DNA of 64,000 nt. Origin: the human T2T-CHM13v2.0 reference genome, Homo sapiens. Both the position numbers and the translations under genes were made by a program. Positions 17,680 through 30,517 of this stretch are shown piece by piece (the stretch's first letter is position 1; each line of letters opens with the position of its first letter). Under the pieces are notes generated by a model, which worked only from the letters and a program-made list of their open reading frames with translations, had not been told where the DNA came from and made no database searches. Location of the stretch: NCBI RefSeq assembly GCF_009914755.1, contig NC_060935.1; one strand, written 5' to 3'.

Positions 17680-17847
17680 CTATTGATTTGAAGAAAAAAT
17701 AGAAAGGACAGCTACAGAAACAGTCATCCTTTCTCTTCCATTGGATGAATTGTATCTAATGGTAAATGGATATGGTCTGTGTTGAACATAATTATCGTAT
17801 ATTTCTCTCTCAAAATTTCTCGGCATGAAGAACAAAAATTTTATAAA
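17680..17847 (-). pseudogene. Candidate decayed exon (168 nt, phase 1-1), RGS helix 4-5-like
   Basis: Acceptor TTTTGCCTCATATCTGTCAG, donor AG|GTCAT overlapping the THE1 TSD. Reads VYKIFVLHAEKF*ERNIR*LCSTQTISIYH*IQFIQWKRKDD. Confidence 0.5.
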
Positions 17848-18339
17848 CTGACAGATATGAGGCAAAATTTACACTGCTTAAAACTGGCGATAATGTCTTG
17901 GATAAGGTATACTTTGAATAAAAAATATGGCAAAATATTATAGATCAAATATGTGGAGAGTTGAACTCACATACATGGTCATTCTTTTTGTGTCATGAAT
18001 ATAAGAAAGTGAAGTAGACTAGAAATCATGTCTTCCCTCTGGTGGTCGTATTTTGCTTTAAATTACTGGATTCTTTTCATTGGGTAATTTGCAATATAAA
18101 TCTGTCTGTTTAGAAAATTTTTCATATGCCTGTTTTAATTCTTGGCTGTGACTTTAACAAGTGTGGAAAATTTCAAGTTTAGTATTCTTCTTCCCCATTT
18201 TATTTATTCACTCACATTTTTCCATTTAAAAATAGGAAAAAAAACTTATAAATAAGTCCAAATAGGTAAACAAACAAAATTTGGTTGAGGTGGCATTTTT
18301 GTCAGATGGCCAATTACTATAATACTTATTCTACTCTGG

Positions 18340-18870
18340 CTACCAGAATATTCTTTTCAGATATCAGTTGTGCCCACTCTGTACAAAGTCTAATCTTTCG
18401 TTGCCTGTAAGGCCCATTACACTGTGTTCCAGCCACACTGGCTTTCTTTCTGTCCTGAAATGTAGCAGGCATATTCCCACCTCTGGGTCTTTGCACTTGT
18501 TATTTCCACTGGTAACTCTCTTTCACCCCAAAATCATCTTGGTTTCATTCCTACACATTCATCAAGTCTCATTACCAATGCCACCGTTTCTTTGAAGACT
18601 TTCTTGACTTCCCTACTTAAAATTTTGTTCCTACCCCAGCACTCTTTATTCTCTTCCTTAATTTTTCTCCACGTCACTGCTTCCCGTTTACCATAATGTA
18701 TATTTTACATATTCATTTATGTAAAATATTTTGTCACTATATTGTAAGCTCTGTGAGGGAAAATATTTTTTATCTTTTTTACTAATTACCTCATTCCTAG
18801 GCTCTAGAATGGGGCTCATGACATAGTAGGACCCCAGACACATTTGTTGAATGTTGTTGAATCAATAAAC
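18340..18870 (+). mobile_element. L2a 3' end
   Basis: CCAGCCACACTGGC...GGTCTTTGCACTTG...TGTAAGCTC...CATTTGTTGAATG terminus. Confidence 0.8.
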
Positions 18871-19181
18871 ATAAAACATAAAGATATCTGAAGTATTTGT
18901 TCAACTTGGAACTTTCTAAAGACAACAAGCATAATAATTTTTGTTTGGCTAAACCACATTATGTGGTCAGGAAAATTTGTAATTATGGATTGTTCAACCC
19001 TTGTAGGTAAGCATTGTATTTTCTTTTCCTAAAACTCTTCAATGTTCAGATTTAAGTAGAAAAGTCTTAATGGATTTTATCTCTGTAGTTCCAGTTATGA
19101 CTGTTATCATTAAACATAACTTAAAACATCATCACACAAAACTATCTGTAGCTTCTTAATGCCTGGAAACATCTTTCTTAC

Positions 19182-19355
19182 CCATTGCATTCCTTTTGAT
19201 GTGTCATTTGACACTTTCTTCAGATCTAAAACTTTTGTGTATAACTTTCTATTCATTCTTTACTCCTTAAGAGTAAAGAAGCCTTGGCATATCTAAAATT
19301 GTTGAGGAGAATAAGTTTGCCTCTTGTGCAAGAGGTGTCTGTGGATTGTTGTTTT
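19182..19355 (-). pseudogene. Candidate decayed exon (174 nt, phase 1-1)
   Basis: Donor TGG|GTAAGA, acceptor TTTAG. Reads ENNNPQTPLAQEANLFSSTILDMPRLLYS*GVKNE*KVIHKSFRSEESVK*HIKRNAM. Confidence 0.45.
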
Positions 19356-19961
19356 CTAAACTTTAAGAAGAATTTCCATTTTAAGATTACAATTTATGAC
19401 AATGCAAGTACAATTTTTTGAATAAATTGACTTAGAAGTAGAACTTACATCCAAAGAAGCTTCAAATATTGGAAAATATTGGAAGTAATAACAAAATTAC
19501 TATTATATTAGCTTAATTTTAAAGCACAAGAGCTAAAAATTACAATGTGTTCCATAAGGATCAAATAAAATAAATATGGCTAGCATATAGTATAAATGAG
19601 AACAGACATGAATCTATGATTCTCATAAGATTTCATAAAATGTTTTCTTAATAGCAGGCTTGTATCTAAACCTGGGTAACTCATTTAGAATTTTTATGCC
19701 AACACTAAAAATAAATAAGTCATATCTGTCTTGTATAGCGGAAAATTATTTATGGTTTGTGTTTAAGTCTTAAGCATTTGGAGTCCATGAGTCCATGATT
19801 TACTTAGGATTATCCATTTGTAATTTCTTCCTCTTTGCAGAATTAGTGAGCACTTTGATCTCTGATAAACAAGATATTTTGTACCTAATTTTCAATGTTC
19901 TCATATAGGTTCTTCAGTGGAAATTCCTGCTAATGAGAGATTGAGCTGAGTTCTTTCTTAC

Positions 19962-20160
19962 CTTGTTAAAAAAGTATAGTATAATTAGACTTTAACCAAT
20001 AATCAAAGTAGGTTCATATTCATACCACCATTTTATTCTTCCCTTTTCCTGATGGGTCACTGTGCTTAGAATCAAATGACACAAATATATTTTGCTTTAG
20101 CCAACCTTCTATCTTTTACAAAGCAATCTCACACATTTATAAAACAAAGTCAAAGTTCAT
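19962..20160 (-). pseudogene. Candidate decayed exon (199 nt, phase 0-1)
   Basis: Acceptor CCATCTTCTTTGCAG, donor AAG|GTAAGA. Reads MNFDFVL*MCEIAL*KIEGWLKQNIFVSFDSKHSDPSGKGKNKMVV*I*TYFDYWLKSNYTILF*Q. Confidence 0.6.
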
Positions 20161-20344
20161 CTGCAAAGAAGATGGGATAGCTTCTAATTTGGGCTACTTG
20201 CTCTACATCTGTCTATAAATATCTCTATCTGTTGCAAAAGATTCGACTAGTCCCAAAGTCATTTAATCAACTTAGTTTATTCTATTAGTGTTGCAATATA
20301 ATAGAAATAAAATGGTCTTTGTTGATCAGTAATCTTAGATAAGA

Positions 20345-20540
20345 ATTCAGACTTTGCTTCTTTCTGGTTTTATAGCCTTGACCAAATTACCTAAACTCTC
20401 CAAGCTGCAGTTTCATCATGTATAAAATGGGAATTATAATATTTAACAGCTGTGTTAGGAGGAAAAAATGAGATAAAATATGTGAGAAGCCTCTGTAATA
20501 ATGCCAGGTACTTAATGGATATTAAACAGATGATAGTTTG
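20345..20540 (+). mobile_element. MIR
   Basis: Core CAGTTTCATCATGTATAAAATGGGAATTATAAT. Confidence 0.8.
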
Positions 20541-20574
20541 TTTCCCCTTTGCTATATAATAGACCTCATCCTCC

Positions 20575-20575
<1 letters not shown>

Positions 20576-20626
<51 letters not shown>
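20576..20626. repeat. (CA)n microsatellite, about 25 units
   Basis: Directly visible. Confidence 0.98.
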
Positions 20627-20628
<2 letters not shown>

Positions 20629-21013
20629 ATTTGAGTTAACTTCCATTTAATTAATTTGCTGGTTAAATAAGTTAAAATGTTCAAATGGGTTCTGTGTGGG
20701 AACAAGCTTTATAATTTCCCCTTGTGTGAACATTGATTAATTGTACTAATACCAAAGACATTTAATATTGTTTAATGTGGAAGTTGTTCAATGATAGCAG
20801 ATGCAATTAATATTATAGATTGCATTGTTAACTTACACCCTCCAGGAATCTTTACATTTAAAATAACATTCATTAATTCAATTTAGAAACTTTCTTTCTG
20901 AAAAGGGGGATAGAACTTAGAATGGTTTAGGTTTTCCTACAATAACAAATAATCCCAAATTCTCAGTGGTTTAAAAAAACAAATTTTATTTCTTGCTTAC
21001 ACTGTATGTGGTA

Positions 21014-21431
21014 TGTAGTGGGTTGAATAGTATTTGTGTTAATTTGGAACTTTAGAATGTTACTTATTTGAAAATATGTTATTTTCAGACATAATTAAAG
21101 TAAGGATTGATAGGAGATCATACAGGATTAGGATGGGCCTTAAATCCAATGACAGTATCCTTACAAGAGATAGAGAAGTATGCAAAAAGACATACATAGA
21201 CAATGTGAAGACAAAGGCTAGACTGGAGTAATGCATCTTTATACCCAATAATGACAGGAGCTACCAGAAGCTGGAAGAGGCAAGGAAAGATTCTCCTGTA
21301 GAGCCTTCAGAGGGAGAATAGTTTGTTGGAACCTTTATTTTGGACTCCAGAACAGTGAGATAATAAATATCTGTTTTTCTAAACCAAATATTTGTGGTTG
21401 TTTATTATGGTTGCCCTAAAAAATGAATACA
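21014..21431 (+). mobile_element. MLT1B/C solo LTR, probably nested in an older MLT1
   Basis: TGTAGTGGGTTGAAT...CCAGAAGCTGGAAGAGGCAAGGAAAGATTCTCC...AATACA. Confidence 0.85.
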
Positions 21432-22157
21432 GCCTATACCATCTTTAATCTAAAATACAAGCTGAAACTTCACTATCTGGAACATCACTGCGCACATACC
21501 AGTAGATAAAAGAATTTGGACAACATTTTTAAAAGCACACACTCTTGAAGGATTCTGCTTATAAGGAATATATATGACTTGTGTTTCCTTTCAAATATCC
21601 AAATCTATTCATATATCTATCCCTAATTAAACAGAATGTTGAAGTAAAATAGCAGTATATTCAGGAAGAGATACCAGTATGTTGATGAGTATCCCTCATG
21701 AATACCACACAGAATTTTACAAAAATTCTGGGCAAGTTTGTATCTTATATTTTGAAAACCTTTATTGTAAATTCCAATAAATCAAAGAGTTCTCATAGTG
21801 CTTTGAAAATTAGCAAATATAAGCCACAATTAAAAGATGTGGGCAATGCCTTCCCATAATAACTCCTATTTGTGTCTTGTTAGTTTTCAGGGGAACTAAA
21901 GGTTGTTTTTCAATAATAAATTTTTAAATTTAAGATATTAAGATAATAAAAACTTATATAGTACAATAAAATGGTGTGTCAGACTCAGTCAACCACTACC
22001 CAATGATGATCATTGACAACATTTTTGTTTGTAATGTTTTAGCCCTTATTGTTGGTAATCATGATGATGGGATGGAGCGATACTTAAAAAGTCTTTGTGA
22101 ATATTCCATTTCTTGAATTTGCCTCACTCAAGATCTTACTTAAAATATGGCATTATT

Positions 22158-22463
22158 GGCTGGGTGCGGTGGCTCATGCCTGTAATCCCAGCACTTTGGG
22201 AGGCTGAGGCGGGCGGATTACCTGAGGTCAGGAGTTGGAGACCAGCCAGGCCAACATGATGAAACCCTTACTCTATTAAAAATACAAAAACTAGCCGGAT
22301 GTGGTGGCATGAGCCTGTAATCCCAGCTACTTGGGAGGCTGAGCTAGGAGAATCGGCTTGAATCCGGGAGGCAGAGCTTGCAGTGAGCTGAGATCGCACC
22401 ACTGCACTCCAGCCTGGGCGAGACCCTGTCTAAAAAAAAAAAAAGAAAAAGAAAAAAAAAAAG
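22158..22463 (+). mobile_element. AluS (Sx-like)
   Basis: Full dimer with A-tail. TSD ATATGGCATTAT at 22145-22156 and 22464-22475. Confidence 0.97.
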
Positions 22464-22781
22464 ATATGGCATTATCAATATATGCTTTGTGGCTGAGAGG
22501 GTGTCCTTAGATTCTGAGATTCAATAATCTATGCTTCTACTTATATGGTGTTCATCTAAGTTGCTACGACAGCCTAAGAAAGCTGCAGGAAATGGCAGGG
22601 CATTTGTTTTAGTTAAAAAAACATAAAGTTAATTAATATTTACCGTAATAAAAATTCTCTATGTCTGGATTAGTTTTACACATTTATAATTTTTTATTCA
22701 ATAAAATTCATTTTTCTTATATATTTTCTTATTCAAAAAATTTGATCCTTAATTTATTAGTTTTATTAATTTTCTTTTTAC

Positions 22782-23176
22782 CTAATTATGCCTCATGGTA
22801 TGAAGAGAAGCAGTAGAGAAAGATATTTAGATCACAATCCCTATCCATCTTTTTTCTGTTTTTTTGCTCCATCTCCATTTAAATGACTCATGGATGGACC
22901 TTTATTTCTTGTGGAAAATTGTTTTGAATATGAAAGTTAAAATCCTATTACTTTCTCCATCAACCCACAGTATTACACTAATTTTAAGTTAACTCTTTCA
23001 TTGGGTCAGCAATAGAATGATAACTAATAGTGGCTTCTGAGAGTATTTACTAGACTAGTGATGTTAATGGGCCAGGTAGTGGTAGGAGATGGGCATAACG
23101 AAGGGGCAGAAGGTAATGTCTTTGAGTGAGGGCTAAAATGTCTGACATATTCTACATCTGGTATTCGTATTGTAAC
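22782..23176 (-). pseudogene. Candidate decayed exon
   Basis: Acceptor GTTTTGCTTTTAACTACAG, donor TAG|GTAAAA. Starts VTIRIPDVEYVRHFSPHSKTLPSAPSLCPSPTTTWPINITSLVNTLRSHY. Confidence 0.4.
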
Positions 23177-23611
23177 CTGTAGTTAAAAGCAAAACAAAAC
23201 ATAACAGAAATCAAAACAAACAAAAAAAAGTTTCATACTGCCTGAGTTACATATGATAAGTAAAAATTACTGGTATTACTCAGCCCAGGGACAATTATTT
23301 TTTCATAGGATTATAGTTGCTTTCAGAAATATAGTCTTCATAATTTTTGCTCTTATATAGTTTGAGTTCCATATCTCTACCCATCCCTCATCCCCCACAT
23401 AAAAGGAGGAAGAGGAAAGAAAATAAATAGCCTTCATTTTCTAGCCTTAGGCATTCTCATAGGGATAATATAAAGAATTTGGCCGTTCAAATATCAATAT
23501 ACTTCTGAAGTCTTACTTCTGGAAATACAGAAAAACTTCACTGGTGAATTTTGTGCAATGAGATATAAAGTAATTCCTAGCTTTTACCAGTGTGATACAG
23601 AGAAATAAAGG

Positions 23612-24317
23612 TTTTCTGTTTTTGCTCTATTGATTGTTTCCTTTCCTGTGCAGAGTCTTTTTAGTTTAATGTAATTTATTTGTCTGTTTTCACTTTTATT
23701 GCCTGTGCTTTTAAGGTTATATCCAAAAAATCCTTTTCTATTTCAATGTCATGGAGATTTTTTCTGTTTTTTCTAGTAGTGTCATGGTTTTGGGTCTTCC
23801 ATTTAAGTCTTTAATCTATTTTCAGTTAATTTTTGTATATGGTGAGAGACAAGGGTCTACCTTCCTTTATTCTTCTGCATGCGGATATTAAGTTTTCTGA
23901 CACAGTTTGTTGAAGAGGCTGTCATTTCCCCATTGTGTGTTCTTGGTACCTTTGTCAAAAATTCACTGGACCTTTATTTTTGGGCTTTCTCTTCTGTTGT
24001 ATTGTTTGTGTCTGCTTTTATGCCAGTAGCATGATATTTTGTTTACTATAGCTTTACAGTATGTTTTGTAGTCAGGTGGCATGGTGCCATCAGCTTTGTT
24101 ATTTATGCTGAAGATTGCTTTGGCTATTCAGGGTCTTTAGTGTTTCGAAACACAGTTAGGATGACTTTTTCTATTTCTGTGAAGAATGTAATTGATATTC
24201 TAATAGGGATTGCATTGAATTTATAGATTGCTTTGGGTAATATGAACATTTTAACTATATTAATTCTTTCAATCCATGAACATTGGATTCAACTGTCTTC
24301 AATTTTTTTCTATATAC

Positions 24318-24350
<33 letters not shown>

Positions 24351-25541
24351 ATAAATGTTTTATAGTTTTTACTGTAGTCATCTTTCACTTCTTTGGTTAA
24401 ATTTACTCCAAGGTAATCAATTGTTTTTGTAGCTATTGTAAAAGGAATTGCTTTCTTGATTTCTTTTTCAGTTAATTTTATTGGTGTATAAAAATGCTAA
24501 TAATCTGTGTATTTTAATTTTGTATTATACAAATTTACTAAACTTGTTTATTCTAAATTTTTTTCATGCAGTCTTTGGGGTTTTCTATATATAAGATCTT
24601 CTTATCTGCAAACAGGGACAATTTGATTTTCTCCTTTCCAATTCAAATGCCTTTTATTTCTTTCTATTGCTTGATTGCTCTGGCTAGGATTTCCAGCACT
24701 AAGCTGAATAAAAGTGGTAAAAATGGACATTTTTGTCTTCTTCCAGCTCTTAGAGAGAAAGCTTTCAGCTTTTCTTTGTTCTGTATGATGTTAGCTGTGG
24801 GTTTGTTGTATATGGCCTACAGAATGGGAGGATATATTTACAAACTATACATCTGATAAAGAACTAACATCCATTATATATAATAAATTTCAACCACTTA
24901 ATAAGAAAAAACCCAAATAACCCTATTAAAAATGAGCAAATATCTGAATAGACAGTTCTCAAAAGAAGACATACAAATGGCCAACGGGTATAGTAAAAAC
25001 TGCTCAGCATCACTAATCATTAGTGAAGTGAAAATTAAAACTACAATGAGATATCACCTCACCTCAGTGATGTGGAAAAAATGAACCTCTTATACACTAC
25101 TGGAAGGAATTTAAGTTAGGACAGCCATTATAGAAACCACATAGAGGTTTCTCAAAAAAATTAAAAGAAGAACTACCATATGATCTGACTATTGCACTAC
25201 TGGATATTTATCCAAAGTAAATGAAATCATTGTGTTGAGGAGATATCTGCATTCCCATGTTTAGTGCAGTACTAGTCACAATAGCCAAGGTATAGAATCA
25301 AACTATGTGTCCATCAATGGATGAGTGGATAAAAATGTACTATTTAGCTATAAAAAAAATGAAATCCTGTTATTTGCAGCAATGTGGATGGACTTGGAGG
25401 ACATTATGTTAAGTCGAATAAGCTAGACACATAAAGACACATACCACATGATTTGACTCATATGGGAATCTAAAAGTTGTTCTCATAGAAAAGGAGAGTA
25501 GAACAGTGGTTACCAGAGGTTGGAGAGAGTAGGGAGGAGAG
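23612..25541 (+). mobile_element. L1MA-type element with 5' inversion (23612-24817 antisense, 24818-25541 sense)
   Basis: Strand switch at TATATGG-CCT-ACAGAATGGG. L1MA-type 3'UTR (AGAGTAGAACAGTGGTTACCAGAGG). Confidence 0.85.
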
Positions 25542-25589
25542 AACTCACATTTTTTCACTCAGTACATCTTTGCATGTTTTGATTATTAC

Positions 25590-25780
25590 AAAGAAGAATA
25601 ATATAGGAGGAATTATGAGACTGCTACCTGATATGAAGTCTTACTAGATAGCTATAGTAATCAAGACAGTGTCATATTGTTAGAGGGATAGACACACACA
25701 TCAATAAATAGAATAGATAACCCAGAAATATACTCAACTGATTTTTGACAAAGATGCAAAAGAAAATTAATGAAGGAGGC
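25590..25780 (+). mobile_element. Old L1M ORF2 fragment
   Basis: AGCTATAGTAATCAAGACAGTG...ACTGATTTTTGACAAAGATGCAAA. Confidence 0.75.
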
Positions 25781-26748
25781 TTAAAATTATTCCTTGAAGG
25801 AAACCACTGGTTGAAAATATTCTAGTGTAACCACAAGTGAAGAATGAGGAGTAGCTAAGTTGCTACATTTTCTATATCTATTATTCTAGATGTATGAGGT
25901 ATAATGTATCAACTATTATGGACTTTTTATGTATCTAATTACAAACTAAAGCCAATGATATCCAATCAAAAGTGACAAGAATTAGGACCCAAATTTGAAA
26001 TGTAGAAGTGTAATTGAATTATGAATTTATATCTACTACAATTACCAGTGGAAATTACTTCAAGCATCATGACATATCGCCTAATGATAGTTTGGCTCCA
26101 TTGTTATTCATAAGACATTTTAAAACAAGACATTTAAAAATTAAGCATCCAGCCCAGAAGAAGCTGAAAGTTTATTATATATTTTGAGGCCTGAGGTATC
26201 TCAAGGAAAGAACAAATGCAGAATTCCTCTTTGAACATGGGTAAGTAAAATTAACATTTTCTCATTATCCTTTTAGAAATCTCCTAAAAGCATTCTGTGC
26301 TGTGTGAGAATCTCACAAAGCATTCAGTGCATTCTGTAAAAAACAGAAATGCAAACTTCCTCTTCAGTGAAAATAGGAAACATCTGAAGTCTCATCCTCC
26401 AAATAAGTAGAAAGTATCAAAATCAAGAAGATAGAGCAGAAGCACATGAAAAAGCAGAGTGAAGATATCATTGTGTGTACATTTCAGAAGAGACCAGTGT
26501 GCATATTTTCTCAATGTGAGAGCCACACCCTAAGTTTCAAAACCAAAATCACTTGTTTGTAAAAACCAGACCAAGTATGTGAGTTGGTGGTTATAGCTTA
26601 TCTGGACATGATTTCAATCTGAAAAATACATGGAATGAATTCACCCAGACACATCATAATTGTAGGAAGCAGTTTGTCTGTATGACAGAATATATCAGTG
26701 GAGTGCAATTTTAAGCAGAAATCTATTTAATTCAGGGAATTAAAATGA

Positions 26749-26804
26749 TTGCTTCCAGCTTTTCTGATGATTGCCTACAAAATCATCAGAAAAGCTGGAA
26801 GCAA
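26749..26804. repeat. Perfect 24-bp inverted repeat with 8-nt spacer
   Basis: TTGCTTCCAGCTTTTCTGATGATT-gcctacaa-AATCATCAGAAAAGCTGGAAGCAA. Confidence 0.97.
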
Positions 26805-27969
26805 GCTCTAGACTGTGCCTTCAGGAATTAGCTTCAGAATATCACAGAACTGACCTGGCAGGGATGCTATCTGTATCTCAATCAGAAAGGTGGAGAATCA
26901 AGGGTCTGACAGTTCAATACTAAACTGAAAAACTGTAATTATGATCTAGATACCAGTATGCTAGGAGCAATTAAGCATTACTGCAACTTCCTGAACACTG
27001 GCACATAGAATCTGGTGATCACTTCTACTTGGTCCTTTCTTACATCCACAAAACTGGTGACCAGATATTAGAACAATGAGTCAATCTGCCACTGCTACTG
27101 CAACAACCTTTTGATGCTTACAAAATTGGAGACTGGGCAGCGGCACCTCTTTGATTTTGTCTGTCGTCAGCAAAGAACAAGTATAGATATACAAAAAACC
27201 ACTTGAAAAAAAAACAGAAAAAACCCTCTCTCAATCTCAATTCTAAGTCTTGCCTGGCAGCATCTGATTAGCAGAAATATTTACATTAAATGTTTATAGC
27301 TAAATATATTAAGTAATATAATTATGAAGAGGATGAAGATATTTCTGGTCATAGTAACTTTACAACCAAATAGAAAGTAGAAATACACATTTTACTAAGA
27401 TGGAGTTCCAAGGAAGAATAAAAGAATCATATCTGGTGGGCGATCTGCATTTTGAGGTTGCTTTTGAAATTTAGTAACTATAATGAGACTGTATGTAGTG
27501 TTCAAGGAACAGGAAGTTTATTTTACATTTGTCCCTCACTAGTTGTAAAACCTTAGGTAAATTACTGAATTTTTCTATGCTTTATTTTCTTCATAATTGA
27601 TGTGCAAATAATCATAATAACACTTTAATGGATTACTAGAGGGTTCAGTATAAAGATGATAAATACATTGCTTTAGTATCATCTCCATCCACCCCACCCT
27701 GCTAATTTTAACTAGGACATAGCCTCCATGTAGAAGGTGGATGAATATAACACATAGATTAGGCTCTCCTTATATACACAAAAAAACAACAAAACCTTCT
27801 TCTTGTGAATTCATATCTGCATCTATAAGTTCGAAGTGGTTGAATCAGTATCAACTCAAAAACCTAATGTAGTAGTAATATATATATATTAGAATTGATT
27901 ACTCCATGGTCCTATTTCCCCCGTATTAACCAAATGTTTGAGCTTCGTTAACTTCTTGCATGGTCGTAA

Positions 27970-28195
27970 TAATAGTAACATCAAAATAATAACTTGTGTT
28001 AAATATATACTAGGTATCAGGCATTGTTTGTCTTGTATGTGCTTTACATGTATAGAGTCATTAAGTATTTGCAGTAACCCTGAGAGAGAGATATACTATT
28101 ATTATCTGAGGCAGCAGCAGATTAGTGACATTAAGTAAGAGTTATGTCCATAGTCACACAGTTACAAAGGGCTGAGCTAAATTGAATGACTCTAA
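27970..28195 (-). mobile_element. MIR
   Basis: CAGGCATTG...TGCTTTACATG...GTCACACAG antisense MIR pattern. Confidence 0.65.
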
Positions 28196-28253
28196 GGGTG
28201 TTTGCCTGAAAAGCATATGTTGAATAGATGTTGTTATTTTGGAATTATCTTTC

Positions 28254-29267
28254 TTTTTTTTTTTAATTATACTTTAAGTTTTAGGGTACATATGCACAAC
28301 GTGCAGGTTTGTTACATATGTATACATGTGCCTTGTTGGTGTGCTGCACCCATTAACTTGTCATTTAACATTAGGTATATCTCCTAATGCTATCCCTTCC
28401 CCCTCCCCCCACCCCACAACAGTCCCCGGTGTGTGATGTTCCCCTTCCTGTGTCCATGTGTTCTCATTGTTCAGTTCCCACCTGTGAGTGAGAACATGTG
28501 GTGTTTGGTTTTTTGTCCTTGTGATAGTTTGCTGAGAATGATGGTTTCCAGCTTCATCCATGTCCCTACAAAGGACATGAACTCATCATTTTTTATGGCC
28601 GCATAGTATTCCATGGTGTATATGTGCCACATTTTCTTAATCCAGTCTATCACTGTTGGACATTTGGGTTGGTTCCAAGTCTTTGCTATTGTGAATAGTG
28701 CCGCAATAAACATACGTGTGCATGTGTCTTTACAGCAGCATGATTTATAATCCTTTGGGTATATACCCAGTAATGGGATGGCTGGGTCGAATGGTATTTC
28801 TAGTTCTAGATCCCTGAGGAATCGCCACACTGACTTCCACAATGGTTGAACTAGTTTACAGTCCCACCAACAGTGTAAAAGTGTTCCTATTTCTCCACAT
28901 CCTCTCCAGCACCTGTTGTTTCCTGACTTTTTAATGATTGCCATTCTAACTGGTGTGAGTTGGTATCTCACTGTGGTTTTGATTTGCATTTCTCTGATTG
29001 TCAGTGATGATGAGCATTTTTTCGTGTGTCTGTTGGCTGCATAAATGTCTTCTTTTGAGAAGTGTCTGTTCATATCCTTCGCCCACTTGTTGATGGGGTT
29101 GTTTTTGTCTTGTAAATTTGTTTGAGTTCTTTGTAGATTCTGGATATTAGGCCTTTGTCAGATGAGTAGATTGCAAAAACTTTCTCCCATTCTGTAGGTT
29201 GCCTGTTCACTGTGATGGTAGTTTCTTTTGCTGTGCAGAAGGTCTTTAGTTTAATTAGATCCCATTT
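28254..29267 (-). mobile_element. 5'-truncated L1PA4-type element
   Basis: ORF2 C-terminus (ORF 28471-29073) and 3'UTR. TSD TTTGGAATTATCTTTC at 28238-28253 and 29265-29280. Confidence 0.95.
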
Positions 29268-30517
29268 GGAATTATCTTTCAAATCATACCATGATCCATT
29301 TCAAGTGATTTCTTTCCTCTTTGACTTGCCTCACATTTTTGTAATTTCTTAAGGTTTTCTAACAATTTTTGTCTTTATTTTAAGACTCAAGGTATGATTT
29401 TGTGACCAAGACTACTTACAATTACCTCAATTTTAACTTAGCATTAAATGTATCAAAATTACAAATTAGAAATACAGACTTTAAACTCTTAAGTTCATGT
29501 TAACATTGCCATAAATCAAGTAATTTTCATCAGAAATATGAACAATCACATTAAAATAAAGTTTAATAGATTAAAATCTATGAAACATTCAAATTTAGAA
29601 GTTAGCTAAATTTACATAAATATTTTAAACTGATTATATAATATATTTAATTTTTCATAAAAAGCCTTCAGATGTGTGATAGGTCAGTCTTACAGAGCTA
29701 TCTGGCAAAATCTTTGTAATTCCTTAAATAATTCTTGTTAAGCTATCATATTAAACTTGTAGTGAATCAAGTTGTCTTACATACTCTAAAGTTTAAATCC
29801 CCTTGTGTTTGAATCTTGAAGTTACAAGTCTTAAATCAATTATAAATTTCAAGTGTAAATTTCAAGGCTAATTTTCAGATTACTTGATATGTCATATTCT
29901 TTTGGGTTAATGATACAATAACCAAACACTTTTTCTAAAGTTATTATAAAACCATGAATGCTTTAGATTGGATTAACATCATCATTATATTTGATTGTTT
30001 ATTTAACTCTGATGAGGCGGATTTATTATCTCAGGAAGGCTGAGATTGGAAGAATAATTTTGGACATTAATAGGGTTGTTTTTAGAGCAAAAACTGATCA
30101 AAGGTCCTAGGCTATATAGTCCTTATAGAGTCAACTTGAATCACAAGTAGATTTGATAAAATTTTCTTATATCCTCTGTGAATGGAGACATCAAAACTAT
30201 CCTCTTCAACAGGTATTTCTCTTTGTAACCAATGTCCCTTGGGCAATGATATCTTTATACACTTTTTTGTTGTTACCTGTTCCTATTTTCATAACTTAAT
30301 TCTGGTAGGTATAATTCTGCACCACTCCCAGTGATGGTCTTCCTTACTCATTTCCTTTAAATATCAGAATTTTGCTGACCTCTTTATTGCCTGATTAGAT
30401 TCTTCATTGGCCATCTAAATAACCCACTCACCACCCAGTTAAAAATGTATTGAGTACTATTGAAGATCCTGTGCGTACTATCTACCTGCTAATAGTTGCA
30501 TCTCAACTTTCTGTTTA

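Noticed and set aside
26238-26280. Plus-strand donor GG|GTAAGT followed by an acceptor TTTTAG
   Set aside because: They are under 40 nt apart, too short for an intron, and nothing else supports them.
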